64,000 nt of DNA from Pseudomonadota bacterium. Its GTDB lineage: Bacteria > Pseudomonadota > Alphaproteobacteria > Sphingomonadales > SMXR01. A program made the translations under genes and the position numbers. Location: assembly GCA_022574255.1 (NCBI GenBank), contig JACZSK010000003.1, forward strand, positions 7,270-71,269. The letters run 5' to 3'. Shown piece after piece: positions 36,511 through 44,795 of the stretch (positions are counted from its first letter, which is position 1; the number at the start of each line of letters is the position of its first letter). Under the pieces are notes generated by a model. The model worked only from the letters and a program-made list of their open reading frames with translations. It was not told the origin of the DNA and did no database searches.

Positions 36511-38751
36511 ATGCAGGGCAATACAAAACACACATCGGCTGATACGGGGGCTGATACGGGCTTTTCACGGCGCGGCTTCCTCAAGGGCGCCGCCGGCATG
36601 ACCTTTGTCATCGGTGCATCGGGGCTGGTCGCCGCTTGCGGCACCGAGCAGCAGGCAGCGAAACTTGCCGACTTTGATCTTACGGTCTGGGCGACACTCT
36701 CCTCTGACGGAAAAGTGACGGTGATGGCGCCGGCGGCGGAAATGGGCCAGGGCTCGATGACCGCATTGCCGTTGATTTTCGCCGAAGAGTTGGACGCCGA
36801 CTGGGACGACATCAACCCGGTTCAGGTATCGACGCCCAAGAAGGAATTCGGCAACCCCTATTTCGGCGGGCTGCTTTACACCGGCGGCAGCCGGGCGGTG
36901 GCCGATTATTTCACCAAATTACGCATCGCCGGGGCGCAGGCGCGCAAGATATTGATGCTCGCGGCGGCGGACCATTGGCAGGTGCCGGTCGGCGAACTGA
37001 CCACCGAACCCAGCGTGGTTGTTCACGCGGCATCGGACCGGCGTCTGGGCTATGGCGAGATCGCGGCATTTGCCGAAGCCCCCGATAGTCTGCCGGAAAT
37101 CAGCGATTCGGATTTGAAGAACCCTGCGGATTTCCGCCTGATCGGCCATGATACGCCGCGCGTCGACGTGCCGCTGAAGGTCAACGGCACCGCCCAATAT
37201 GCCATGGACGTGCAGGTGCCGGGGATGGTCTATGCGGCCATTCAGCATGCGCCGGTGGAGGGCGAAAGCCCGGTCACCATCGACGACGCCGAGACCCTGA
37301 AAGTACCCGGCGTTTTAGAGGTGGTGGCGCTGGAGAATGCCGTTGCGATCATCGGCGAGACGGTGGAAGCAACCCGCTTCGGCAAGGATGTTTTGGCCGT
37401 GGAATGGACCGGTGGGGCCCCGGGACGCAAATTTTCCTCCGACGGGAATCTCGTCGATACGTCGGCTGCTGCCAATGACCTGTCTGTCCGCGGTGTGCCG
37501 TGGCGCGAAGAGGGCGATACCTACGCCGCCCTTGAGGGGGCTGCCAAGGTAGTCACCGCCGAGTATTTCGCCGACCATGTTTATCACGCCCAGATGGAGC
37601 CCTTGAACGCGACGGCGCTGGTCAACGAGACCGGCGATGCGGTGGAACTGTGGACCGGCACCCAGTCCCAGACGCTGACCGTCATTACCGCCGCCAAGGT
37701 TCTGGGTACCACCCAGGACAAGGTGACCCTGCATCAAATGCTGCTGGGTGGTGGCTACGGGCGCCGCGCCGAGCTTAAACCTACCTACGTGATTGAGGCG
37801 ATACAGCTCTCCAAGATTCTTGGCAAGCCGGTGAAGGTTATCTGGAGTCGCGAGGATGATTTGCGGAACGGCTGGTTCCGGCCCTCGACGGCGCAGCTCA
37901 TGCGCGCCGGGTTCGACGAGGACGGCAAGGTCATCGCCTGGAACCACCGCATGGCCGGGCCGTCGGTGCTGGAATTTTATAATTCCTTCCGCTGGGGCAT
38001 GGTGAAGCCTCAAGACGTTATCTCCATGCTCGGCTCCGAGGTATCCAACTTCGACATTCCCAATATCCTGGCCGAGCATGTGATGGTGGGCCGGATCGCC
38101 CGGCTGTCGCCGTGGCGCGGCGTGGCCACTGGCTACACCAAATTCGCGGTTGAATCTTTTGTCGATGAACTGGCGGAATCGCAGGGGATGGATCCGGTCG
38201 AGTTCCGGCTCAAGCGGATATTAAAGACCGATCGCACCAGGAATGTGCTGAAGGCGGTGGCGGAAGCCTCCGGCTGGGGCGGCGCGCGCGCCGAGGGCCG
38301 GGCGCAAGGCGTTTCCGTGGTCGAGTATCACGAGTCTGTTGCCGCTGCGGTATTGGAGATATCGGTGAACCGGAAAACCGGCAAGATCACCGTCCATGAC
38401 GCCTGGGTGGCCGCCGACATTGGCCTGGCAGTGCAGCCCCTGAACGTGGAGACCCAGATTGAGGGCGCGCTGATTTACGGCATCGGCCAGGCCACCAAGG
38501 AACGCGTGACCATTGAGGACGGCATGGTCCAGCAATCCAATTTCCACGATTATGAGCTAATGCGCATGCGCGACGTGCCCGATATCCATATCCAGGTCAT
38601 CGCCACCGACAACCCGCCATCGGGCATCGGCGAGCTTGCCCTGCCGCTGACCGGCGCCGCCATCGCCAATGCGTTTAAGGCGCTGACCGGAAAACGCCTG
38701 CGCCATATTCCGCTGACCCGCGAGCGGGTGCTGGAAGCGCTGAACAGCTAG
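36511..38751 (+). CDS. Molybdopterin-cytosine-dinucleotide-type hydroxylase large subunit (IorB-like), Tat-exported putative lipoprotein
   Basis: 746 aa. Twin-arginine signal (FSRRGFLKGAAG) with lipobox LVAAC. Xanthine dehydrogenase-family blocks (AEMGQGSMTALP, LLGGGYGRR, GIGELALP). Confidence 0.9.
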   Translation: MQGNTKHTSADTGADTGFSRRGFLKGAAGMTFVIGASGLVAACGTEQQAAKLADFDLTVWATLSSDGKVTVMAPAAEMGQGSMTALPLIFAEELDADWDDINPVQVSTPKKEFGNPYFGGLLYTGGSRAVADYFTKLRIAGAQARKILMLAAADHWQVPVGELTTEPSVVVHAASDRRLGYGEIAAFAEAPDSLPEISDSDLKNPADFRLIGHDTPRVDVPLKVNGTAQYAMDVQVPGMVYAAIQHAPVEGESPVTIDDAETLKVPGVLEVVALENAVAIIGETVEATRFGKDVLAVEWTGGAPGRKFSSDGNLVDTSAAANDLSVRGVPWREEGDTYAALEGAAKVVTAEYFADHVYHAQMEPLNATALVNETGDAVELWTGTQSQTLTVITAAKVLGTTQDKVTLHQMLLGGGYGRRAELKPTYVIEAIQLSKILGKPVKVIWSREDDLRNGWFRPSTAQLMRAGFDEDGKVIAWNHRMAGPSVLEFYNSFRWGMVKPQDVISMLGSEVSNFDIPNILAEHVMVGRIARLSPWRGVATGYTKFAVESFVDELAESQGMDPVEFRLKRILKTDRTRNVLKAVAEASGWGGARAEGRAQGVSVVEYHESVAAAVLEISVNRKTGKITVHDAWVAADIGLAVQPLNVETQIEGALIYGIGQATKERVTIEDGMVQQSNFHDYELMRMRDVPDIHIQVIATDNPPSGIGELALPLTGAAIANAFKALTGKRLRHIPLTRERVLEALNS

Positions 38752-39455
38752 CCTTTGACGAATTCGACGGCCAGTGACCCGACCGGATCGAGGGTAAATT
38801 CGATTTCCCCGCTGTCCTCGATCCAGATTGGCGGCACCACCGACCCCGCGATAATAATTTCGCCGGCCCTGAGCGTCTCGCCGAACAGCGCCAGGGTATC
38901 TGCGGTGTGCCGCACCAGATCCACAAGATTACCGGTATTGGCTTCCACCGCGTTGGTTTCCGCTACGCGTTGGCCAGCGCGGCTGATACTGGCGCGAAGG
39001 CCGCCGACATTGGCACCGGCGCGGGAACTGTCGGCCGCACCCAGGATAATATGGCGCTGGTAGATATTGTCGGCGAGAATTGCCTCCACATCATCGGGGG
39101 GAAATATCACATCGGCAACCTCGAAGGCGGGGCCGAGACCGGCGATGGCTGCCACGGCCTCGTCGCGGCTGGCGTCGCCCTTCAGACTTGCCCCCATATG
39201 AATAGCGATTTCGGGCTCGACCACGGGCCTGGTGTAATGGGTCAAGTCAAGCACCGCACCGGAGAGCAGCAGGGCCCCCTCGGTGAGAAAGCCAATGAGA
39301 GGCGCTTCGATTCCAAGCCGCGCCATGGCTTCGGGCGCGCCAAAGGCGATTTTCCACCCGACAGATTTTTCGCCACTGTCCAGCCGCCGCCGCCGCAGCG
39401 CGAGCTGGGCGCGCATACCGCGTGAAATCCGCTCGTTGATCGGGACCGCGTTCAC
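38748..39455 (-). CDS. 2-keto-4-pentenoate hydratase / 4-oxalocrotonate decarboxylase family (FAH-fold) protein
   Basis: 235 aa. VGWKIAFG...PLIGFL...VEPEIA... is the MhpD/XylJ/HpcG-like pattern. GTG start. Confidence 0.7.
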   Translation of the reverse strand: MNAVPINERISRGMRAQLALRRRRLDSGEKSVGWKIAFGAPEAMARLGIEAPLIGFLTEGALLLSGAVLDLTHYTRPVVEPEIAIHMGASLKGDASRDEAVAAIAGLGPAFEVADVIFPPDDVEAILADNIYQRHIILGAADSSRAGANVGGLRASISRAGQRVAETNAVEANTGNLVDLVRHTADTLALFGETLRAGEIIIAGSVVPPIWIEDSGEIEFTLDPVGSLAVEFVKG

Positions 39456-39475
39456 CTGATTATGCCCCGGCGGGC

Positions 39476-39892
39476 TTAGTTCGATTTTGGCAGGGATTCA
39501 TAACCCGAATCTTCCAGCGAGCCGACGCCGCTCCAGCCCCAGACCAGCACCACGTCCTCGTCGGAGGTGTTCTTGAAGCCGTGCCAGTGTCCGGCGGGGG
39601 TGAAGACCACATCGCCTTCGCCCGAGGGTTCCTCGCCGTCCTCCGTATACATAATGCCGTTGCCCTTGATGACGATCCAGAATTCGTCGGCGTTGTGATG
39701 CAGATGCCGGTCGTGGGCCGCACCCGGCGGCAGCACCGTCCAGCCGACGACCTGCCGCGTCGATCCCGCCGCCTGTTTGTCGATCAGGAACTGCACCTTC
39801 ATGTCGATCCAGCCGTCGTCCCGTTTGAGGCCGGGAACCAGCGGAACGTCGCGGATGTTGGTGCGATAGGGCTTGGATGCAGGTTCAGTCAT
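39476..39892 (-). CDS. Cupin-domain protein
   Basis: 138 aa. Cupin motifs HDRHLHHNADEFWIVIKG and DVVFTPAGHWHGF. Confidence 0.75.
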   Translation of the reverse strand: MTEPASKPYRTNIRDVPLVPGLKRDDGWIDMKVQFLIDKQAAGSTRQVVGWTVLPPGAAHDRHLHHNADEFWIVIKGNGIMYTEDGEEPSGEGDVVFTPAGHWHGFKNTSDEDVVLVWGWSGVGSLEDSGYESLPKSN

Positions 39893-40772
39893 TCATCATT
39901 CCTCCCATATGCCGGTAGACGTCGAAAACGGTGACAAAATCGCGGTGGTCGAGCCCCAAGCCCCGGCAGGCGTTGAGCATTTCGTTGGCTGCCGCCAGGG
40001 TCGGCGCCGGCACCCCCAGCTGCCGCGCCAAATCGAGCGCCAAAATCACGTCCTTTTGCTGCAGGGTCACATCGGCAAGGGGTTTGTCAGGCATATTACC
40101 GTCGAGAATGAGTGGGCCCCGGTATCCCATAACCGGCGAGGCGACGACGCTTTTCAGCATGGCGTCCACCACCACCTCGCGCGCCACGCCGCCCTTTTCG
40201 GCCAGCGCCACGCCTTCGCAAAAGGCCACCATTTCCACCACCAGTGTAAGATTGATGGCGATCTTGGTCTGCACCGCCAGCCCGCTGCTGCCGATGTAGC
40301 TGACCGTCGGGCCGATGGCGAGCAGCACCGGCTTGGCGCGCTCGAACACGTCCTTTTCGCCGCCGACCATGATCGACGCCTTGCCAGCCTGCAGCGTCAC
40401 CGGGCTGGCGGAGATGGGCGCATCGACCATCGCCAGGCCAGCCTCGGCGAAGGCGGCGGAAATTTCCCGGCTGGCGTCGGGCTGGATGGTGCTCATGTCG
40501 GCGTAAATGCCGCCTTCACCGAGGCCGGCGAGAACCCCGTCATCGCCCAGCGCAATGGCGCGAACGGCGTCGGCGTTGGTGACGATTGAAATGACAATAT
40601 CCGATTTGGTGGCCACATCCCTGGGGCTATCGCCCAGCATCATGCCCTTGGCGACCAGCGCATCGGCCTTGCCGGGGCTGCGGTTCCAGCCTGTCACCGC
40701 ATAATCGGCGTCCAGCAGCCGGCTTACGATGCCCGCCCCCATGTCGCCGAGACCAATAAATCCAACACGCAT
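39885..40772 (-). CDS. NAD(P)-dependent oxidoreductase, 3-hydroxyisobutyrate / 6-phosphogluconate dehydrogenase-like
   Basis: MRVGFIGLGDMG Rossmann N-terminus, 295 aa. Its stop overlaps the cupin start by 8 nt. Confidence 0.85.
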   Translation of the reverse strand: MRVGFIGLGDMGAGIVSRLLDADYAVTGWNRSPGKADALVAKGMMLGDSPRDVATKSDIVISIVTNADAVRAIALGDDGVLAGLGEGGIYADMSTIQPDASREISAAFAEAGLAMVDAPISASPVTLQAGKASIMVGGEKDVFERAKPVLLAIGPTVSYIGSSGLAVQTKIAINLTLVVEMVAFCEGVALAEKGGVAREVVVDAMLKSVVASPVMGYRGPLILDGNMPDKPLADVTLQQKDVILALDLARQLGVPAPTLAAANEMLNACRGLGLDHRDFVTVFDVYRHMGGMMND

Positions 40773-40942
40773 TTATGCCATCTCCATTCATGCCTTAAAG
40801 CCGCTTCCAGCTTAGCATGGAAGCTCTATGGAGAACCAGAAAAACCGCCTTGATTTCGCGCTGCGGGCGCGTTTTTTGATGTTCCTGCGGGGCCGGTGCG
40901 GCTATTCTTCAGGGGACGCATGGAAAACAACAGGAAGCGACA

Positions 40943-41413
40943 ATGGATGACTGGCTGATCTATCTTTCGGGTGAAATCCACACCGATTGGCGGGATAAAA
41001 TAGAAGCGGGAGCCAGAGCAGCGGGTCTGGCCGTGGTGTTTTCGGGACCGGTGACCGACCACGCCGCCAGCGACGATTGCGGGGTGCGCATTCTGGGCGG
41101 TGAGGAAACCGATTTCTGGAAAGACCACAAGGGCGCCAAGCTCAACGCCATTCGCACACGCACGCTGATCGGCGCTGCCGATATCGTGGTGGTTCGTTTC
41201 GGCGATAAATACAAACAATGGAACGCGGCGTTTGACGCCGGATACGCGGCGGCCCTCAACACGCCGTTGATCGTGATGCACGACCGGGCATTGACCCATC
41301 CCCTGAAAGAGGTCGATGCGGCGGCGCTTGCCGTGGCGGAGACGCCCGAGCAGATTGTTCAGATTCTGAGCTACGTTATCAGCGGTGACCTCGCCGCTGA
41401 CGGGGATGAGTGA
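40943..41413 (+). CDS. YtoQ-family protein (nucleoside 2-deoxyribosyltransferase-like fold)
   Basis: LIYLSGEIHTDWRDKI...FGDKYKQWNAAFDAGYAAAL..PLIV...HPLKEV closely follows remembered B. subtilis YtoQ (VYLAGEIHSNWREEI...FGEKYKQWNTAMDASYA). Confidence 0.8.
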   Translation: MDDWLIYLSGEIHTDWRDKIEAGARAAGLAVVFSGPVTDHAASDDCGVRILGGEETDFWKDHKGAKLNAIRTRTLIGAADIVVVRFGDKYKQWNAAFDAGYAAALNTPLIVMHDRALTHPLKEVDAAALAVAETPEQIVQILSYVISGDLAADGDE

Positions 41414-41483
41414 ATAAGGACGCACGGCTTTGCCGCCGCGCGCCCTATCCAATTTTCTGTTCTCGGTCTCGCAGCTTAGGGGT

Positions 41484-42113
41484 CTAGTCGCGCTGATCCT
41501 TCGAGACCTTTTTGAACAGGGTCTCCACGGCGTCGGCCAGCGGCGCGAAGGTATCGCAGAGATTCGCCGTCGCCGCGTTGCTGAGCTCTTTGCTGCGAAT
41601 GCAGCCGGCCATATGATGCGCCATAACGCCGTTGCGGGCGTTCCAGATGGACGTCATGAGATTCACGCCGACACGCTCGAAACTGTTGAAGGTGACGTCT
41701 GCGGAATCAAATTCACCGAGGGCATTACCGTCGCCGTCGTGGTTTACCTTCTGGAAGATGCAGGGCACCGAGATGTTGGCGAACCAGTCCAGACCACCGG
41801 CACGACCCAGGAACCCGGCCGGTCCCGCCCCCTCGGATTCTTTCTGCAGGGCGGTGATAAAACCGGGCACCGCCAGGTCGATTAACTCGCGCTCGGTTGG
41901 TGTCAGGGTGATGCTCACGCCGTCCGCCCCGTCAAAGAAAAACGGCTCGCCCGGGAACGCAAAGGAGAAAGGATTAACTTCGCAGATATTGGTGCCCGCT
42001 GGCAGGCCCACGGCCTCCGGCGGGGGCGGCGCAATGCCGCCGATATGACCGGCCAGTGCGTTGGTCGATACCATAAGTGAAAAGGCCAGTGCCATCCCGG
42101 CACAGCCACCCAT
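41484..42113 (-). CDS. Hypothetical secreted protein (4 Cys), no recognised family
   Basis: 209-aa ORF with ATG 42113, a short signal-like N-terminus (MALAFSLMVSTNALA) and coding-like composition. Operator copy 5 lies 100 bp upstream. Confidence 0.45.
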   Translation of the reverse strand: MGGCAGMALAFSLMVSTNALAGHIGGIAPPPPEAVGLPAGTNICEVNPFSFAFPGEPFFFDGADGVSITLTPTERELIDLAVPGFITALQKESEGAGPAGFLGRAGGLDWFANISVPCIFQKVNHDGDGNALGEFDSADVTFNSFERVGVNLMTSIWNARNGVMAHHMAGCIRSKELSNAATANLCDTFAPLADAVETLFKKVSKDQRD

Positions 42114-42212
42114 GTTGATTCTGTGCCCCGGCCTGAAGGGTGGCTTGCTTTGCGGCCCCCCCGAAGCAACGGTTAAAGTCGTTGTCTTACAGCTGCATTT
42201 TTTGCATGGTTA

Positions 42213-42226
42213 TGCAAACGTTTGCA
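42213..42226. promoter_or_regulatory. Operator-like palindrome copy 5: TGCAAACGTTTGCA (perfect)
   Basis: In the divergent region between 42113 (-) and 42264 (+). An extra TTTGCAT half-site lies at 42201-42207. Confidence 0.7.
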
Positions 42227-42263
42227 ATTCACCTTCGGGTGATCGAAAAAAGGGAGAAACAGG

Positions 42264-42716
42264 ATGTTCAGGACAAATATTGCGAGGTCTGCAGCGCTGG
42301 TCACATTGCTCGCGTTCCTTGCCGGGCAGGGGGCGAGTGCGAGCGCGAGCAACACAAGCGGCTGCCACGTCGTGCAGCATTACTATTTTGCCAAGGCGGG
42401 CATGGAGGATGAAGTTTTGGCGACGCGCATCAGGGGCAATGAAGTGCGCGCGGCGCTGGGGCTGGCGACCTCCAGGTTACTGGTAATCAAAAGCTCGTTC
42501 AGCGGGCACCCCGCTGACGGGCCACTTAAGCCCGGGAATGCATCTTATTTGATGTCCGAGACAGTTTTCGCCAACCAGGAAGATGTCGCCAAAGCAGATG
42601 AAATGCTGGTCGCGTCGGAGGATTACCTGGCTGTGCGCACGAAAATGGCAGCGCTGATCGATCATTTTGAACTGGCGGTGCGGCGGTTGGTGGGCAACGG
42701 ATGCCCGACCGACTGA
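42264..42716 (+). CDS. Hypothetical secreted protein, no recognised family
   Basis: 150 aa. GGGAGAAACAGG SD. Signal peptide MFRTNIARSAALVTLLAFLAGQGASA. One Cys near each end of the mature protein. Confidence 0.5.
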   Translation: MFRTNIARSAALVTLLAFLAGQGASASASNTSGCHVVQHYYFAKAGMEDEVLATRIRGNEVRAALGLATSRLLVIKSSFSGHPADGPLKPGNASYLMSETVFANQEDVAKADEMLVASEDYLAVRTKMAALIDHFELAVRRLVGNGCPTD

Positions 42717-42720
42717 GGCG

Positions 42721-43134
42721 CTAGCGGGCCTTTTGGGCCTTGGCCCTGAATTCCCGTGCCGCTTCAGACAGATCGTAAGTCACGTAGATATCTGTTTGAA
42801 AGGCGCCCCAGGCACGCTGCTCTATGGCGCGGTTGACCTCGCGCAGGCGCGCTGGCGGCACACGAAGCGTCACAACCTGACCCAGGCCCATCATCACGTA
42901 CCATGATTCCACGGCTATGCCTTCAGGTGGAAAATTGGCCCAGAATCCCGACGCCGCTAACTTGTCCTGAATTTGCGCTAGGGTCTTCAATTGGTCGTGC
43001 TTCAGGACCACCGTCAACAGAATATAGTCATCGGGTGAGGACACATCATCGTCGTCGGCCAAAGCAAGTGTGACCCCTGTCGCGAAGGTCATTACCAGCA
43101 GGAACGCGACGATCATGTAAGTTCTTGGTTTCAT
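42721..43134 (-). CDS. Hypothetical secreted small protein (possibly DUF3303-like alpha+beta fold)
   Basis: 137 aa. Signal peptide MKPRTYMIVAFLLVMTFATGVTLALA followed by an acidic DDDDVSSPDD stretch. The family assignment is weak. Confidence 0.45.
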   Translation of the reverse strand: MKPRTYMIVAFLLVMTFATGVTLALADDDDVSSPDDYILLTVVLKHDQLKTLAQIQDKLAASGFWANFPPEGIAVESWYVMMGLGQVVTLRVPPARLREVNRAIEQRAWGAFQTDIYVTYDLSEAAREFRAKAQKAR

Positions 43135-43160
43135 CGCCGGATATCTCCTCTCGCTGGACT

Positions 43161-43913
43161 CTAGGCCCCGGGCCGGTTCTTGAATTTGCCGTGCTCGTCG
43201 TAATAGGCGTCAATCAGCTTGTGCTTTTTCAACAATGACGGGCCCGCCACCACGAAATCCCAGAGCGCCAGAAAGCCGCCCGTCCACATGGTGCGGATGG
43301 CAATACTGATACTTCGCTGGGAGCTGATTTCGGCGATCTTGGCATGCTCGACCGTCTGCAGATTTTCGCGGTCCGTCAAAGCCGCCTTCAACCCCGCGAT
43401 GTGGGTCCAGTCACAGCGGTAATGGACCACGCCGTCGGGCCGAATGACGTAAACCACGTTGGGCATGGCGCCATAGGCGCGGTGCATTTTACCGTCCAGG
43501 GTGTCGATCAGCACCCGCCGGTGCTCGTGGTATTTTGATGTCAGCAGGCAGGCGGCGGATTTCTTGTCGTCGAAGGTCTTGTGCTGGCCGAGGCGCTCGC
43601 CGGGATGGGCCTCGCGTACATAGACCACCAGGAATTCCACGTCGGGGAACTCGGCTATCAGCGCCCGCATGTTCTCTATGTTCTTGGTATATTGCGAGCA
43701 GGTGGATGAGCCGGTTTCCAGCACCACCCATTTGCCCTTGAAATCGGATAATTTCACTTCGTTGCCGTCGTAATCGGTGGCGGTGAAATCCACCGACGGC
43801 TCGCCGGCGGCGGGGCCGACAAAGGTATCCCAGTTATAAAGCTTTATCTTGAAGCGCGGATTCAGATAGGGCATCGGCGCTTCGGGGGCCTGCGGCTTTT
43901 GATTGTCTGGCAT
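43161..43913 (-). CDS. Iodothyronine-deiodinase-like thioredoxin-fold protein (Cys in place of Sec) with a C-terminal hydrophobic extension
   Basis: ATG 43913 (MPDNQKPQ...). GKWVVLETGSSTCSQY aligns with deiodinase FGSCTUPPF. VVYVREAHPGE aligns with VYIxEAHPSDGW. VLIDTLDGKMHRAYGAMPNVVYVIRPDGVVHYR aligns with VVVDTMxNxxxxxYGAxPERLYVIxxGxIxYKG. Confidence 0.6.
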   Translation of the reverse strand: MPDNQKPQAPEAPMPYLNPRFKIKLYNWDTFVGPAAGEPSVDFTATDYDGNEVKLSDFKGKWVVLETGSSTCSQYTKNIENMRALIAEFPDVEFLVVYVREAHPGERLGQHKTFDDKKSAACLLTSKYHEHRRVLIDTLDGKMHRAYGAMPNVVYVIRPDGVVHYRCDWTHIAGLKAALTDRENLQTVEHAKIAEISSQRSISIAIRTMWTGGFLALWDFVVAGPSLLKKHKLIDAYYDEHGKFKNRPGA

Positions 43914-44073
43914 CTCAACTGCCCTCCTTTTTGAAATATTTATAGCTCTCAACTGGACCAGTATGCCGCTTGGCCCTATACCACGCCCGCCTTATGGAAA
44001 CGCTTTGTAGCGGGCACGGCCAAAGTAGAAATGGGGTGCTCGCAGCCCTAATATGACGCGAAACAGGAAAGAT

Positions 44074-44087
44074 TGCAATCGTTTGCA
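44074..44087. promoter_or_regulatory. Operator-like palindrome copy 6: TGCAATCGTTTGCA
   Basis: In the divergent region between 43913 (-) and 44179 (+). Followed by a TTGCAT half-site at 44093-44098. Confidence 0.65.
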
Positions 44088-44178
44088 TAATCTTGCATAA
44101 ATGCCTTATTATCCCTGCTCTGCGCGACCGACTGGCCGCGATAGCTAGCGCAAATATAAAAATTGGGAGGAGCATAAT

Positions 44179-44769
44179 ATGCCCCGGCTGGAATATTTGA
44201 GTGACGACGAGTTAACCCCGGAGGCCCGGGAACTGCTGCTGCTGGCTGAGCGGGCGGGATCGCCAGACCCGCGCGTGCTGCGGGTTTTGTTCAAATCCCC
44301 GGCGGGGATCGCCTGGTACCGCTATTGGCTGGCGCTGTCCAATGACGGCATCCTGCCCAAGGATTTGAAAGAGCTCTGCCGCGTGAAAATCGCCTTCGAT
44401 CATGCCTGCGGCTATTGCAGCACCGTGCGCTCCAGCGCCGCAATGGCTGCCGGGTTGACCGAGGAGAAAATCCAGCAGGTCTGGGATTTTGAGAACAGCG
44501 ACGCGTTCAGTGCGCGCGAAAAGCTGGCGCTTCGCTTTGCCCACCATTTGAAGCATGATATTGCCGGTGCCGACAACGACGCTTTTTATGCTGAATTAAA
44601 GACCGAGTTCAGCGAGCCTGAAATCGTCGAACTGGGCCTGTGGTGCGCCGAGAATGTTGGGGCTGGAAGCTTTGTGCGGACTCTGAGCATAATCACCTGG
44701 ATAGAGGCCTGCGAGTTGAACCCGCAGACGGCGGCGAATTCAGAGAAAAAACAATCTGCAGCAGAATAA
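44179..44769 (+). CDS. Carboxymuconolactone decarboxylase (AhpD-like) family protein
   Basis: 196 aa. GGAGGAG SD. CMD-type core LKELCRVKIAFDHACGYCSTVR. Confidence 0.7.
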   Translation: MPRLEYLSDDELTPEARELLLLAERAGSPDPRVLRVLFKSPAGIAWYRYWLALSNDGILPKDLKELCRVKIAFDHACGYCSTVRSSAAMAAGLTEEKIQQVWDFENSDAFSAREKLALRFAHHLKHDIAGADNDAFYAELKTEFSEPEIVELGLWCAENVGAGSFVRTLSIITWIEACELNPQTAANSEKKQSAAE

Positions 44770-44795
44770 TCGCGGTCCCAGCAAGGAGTGAGTGA

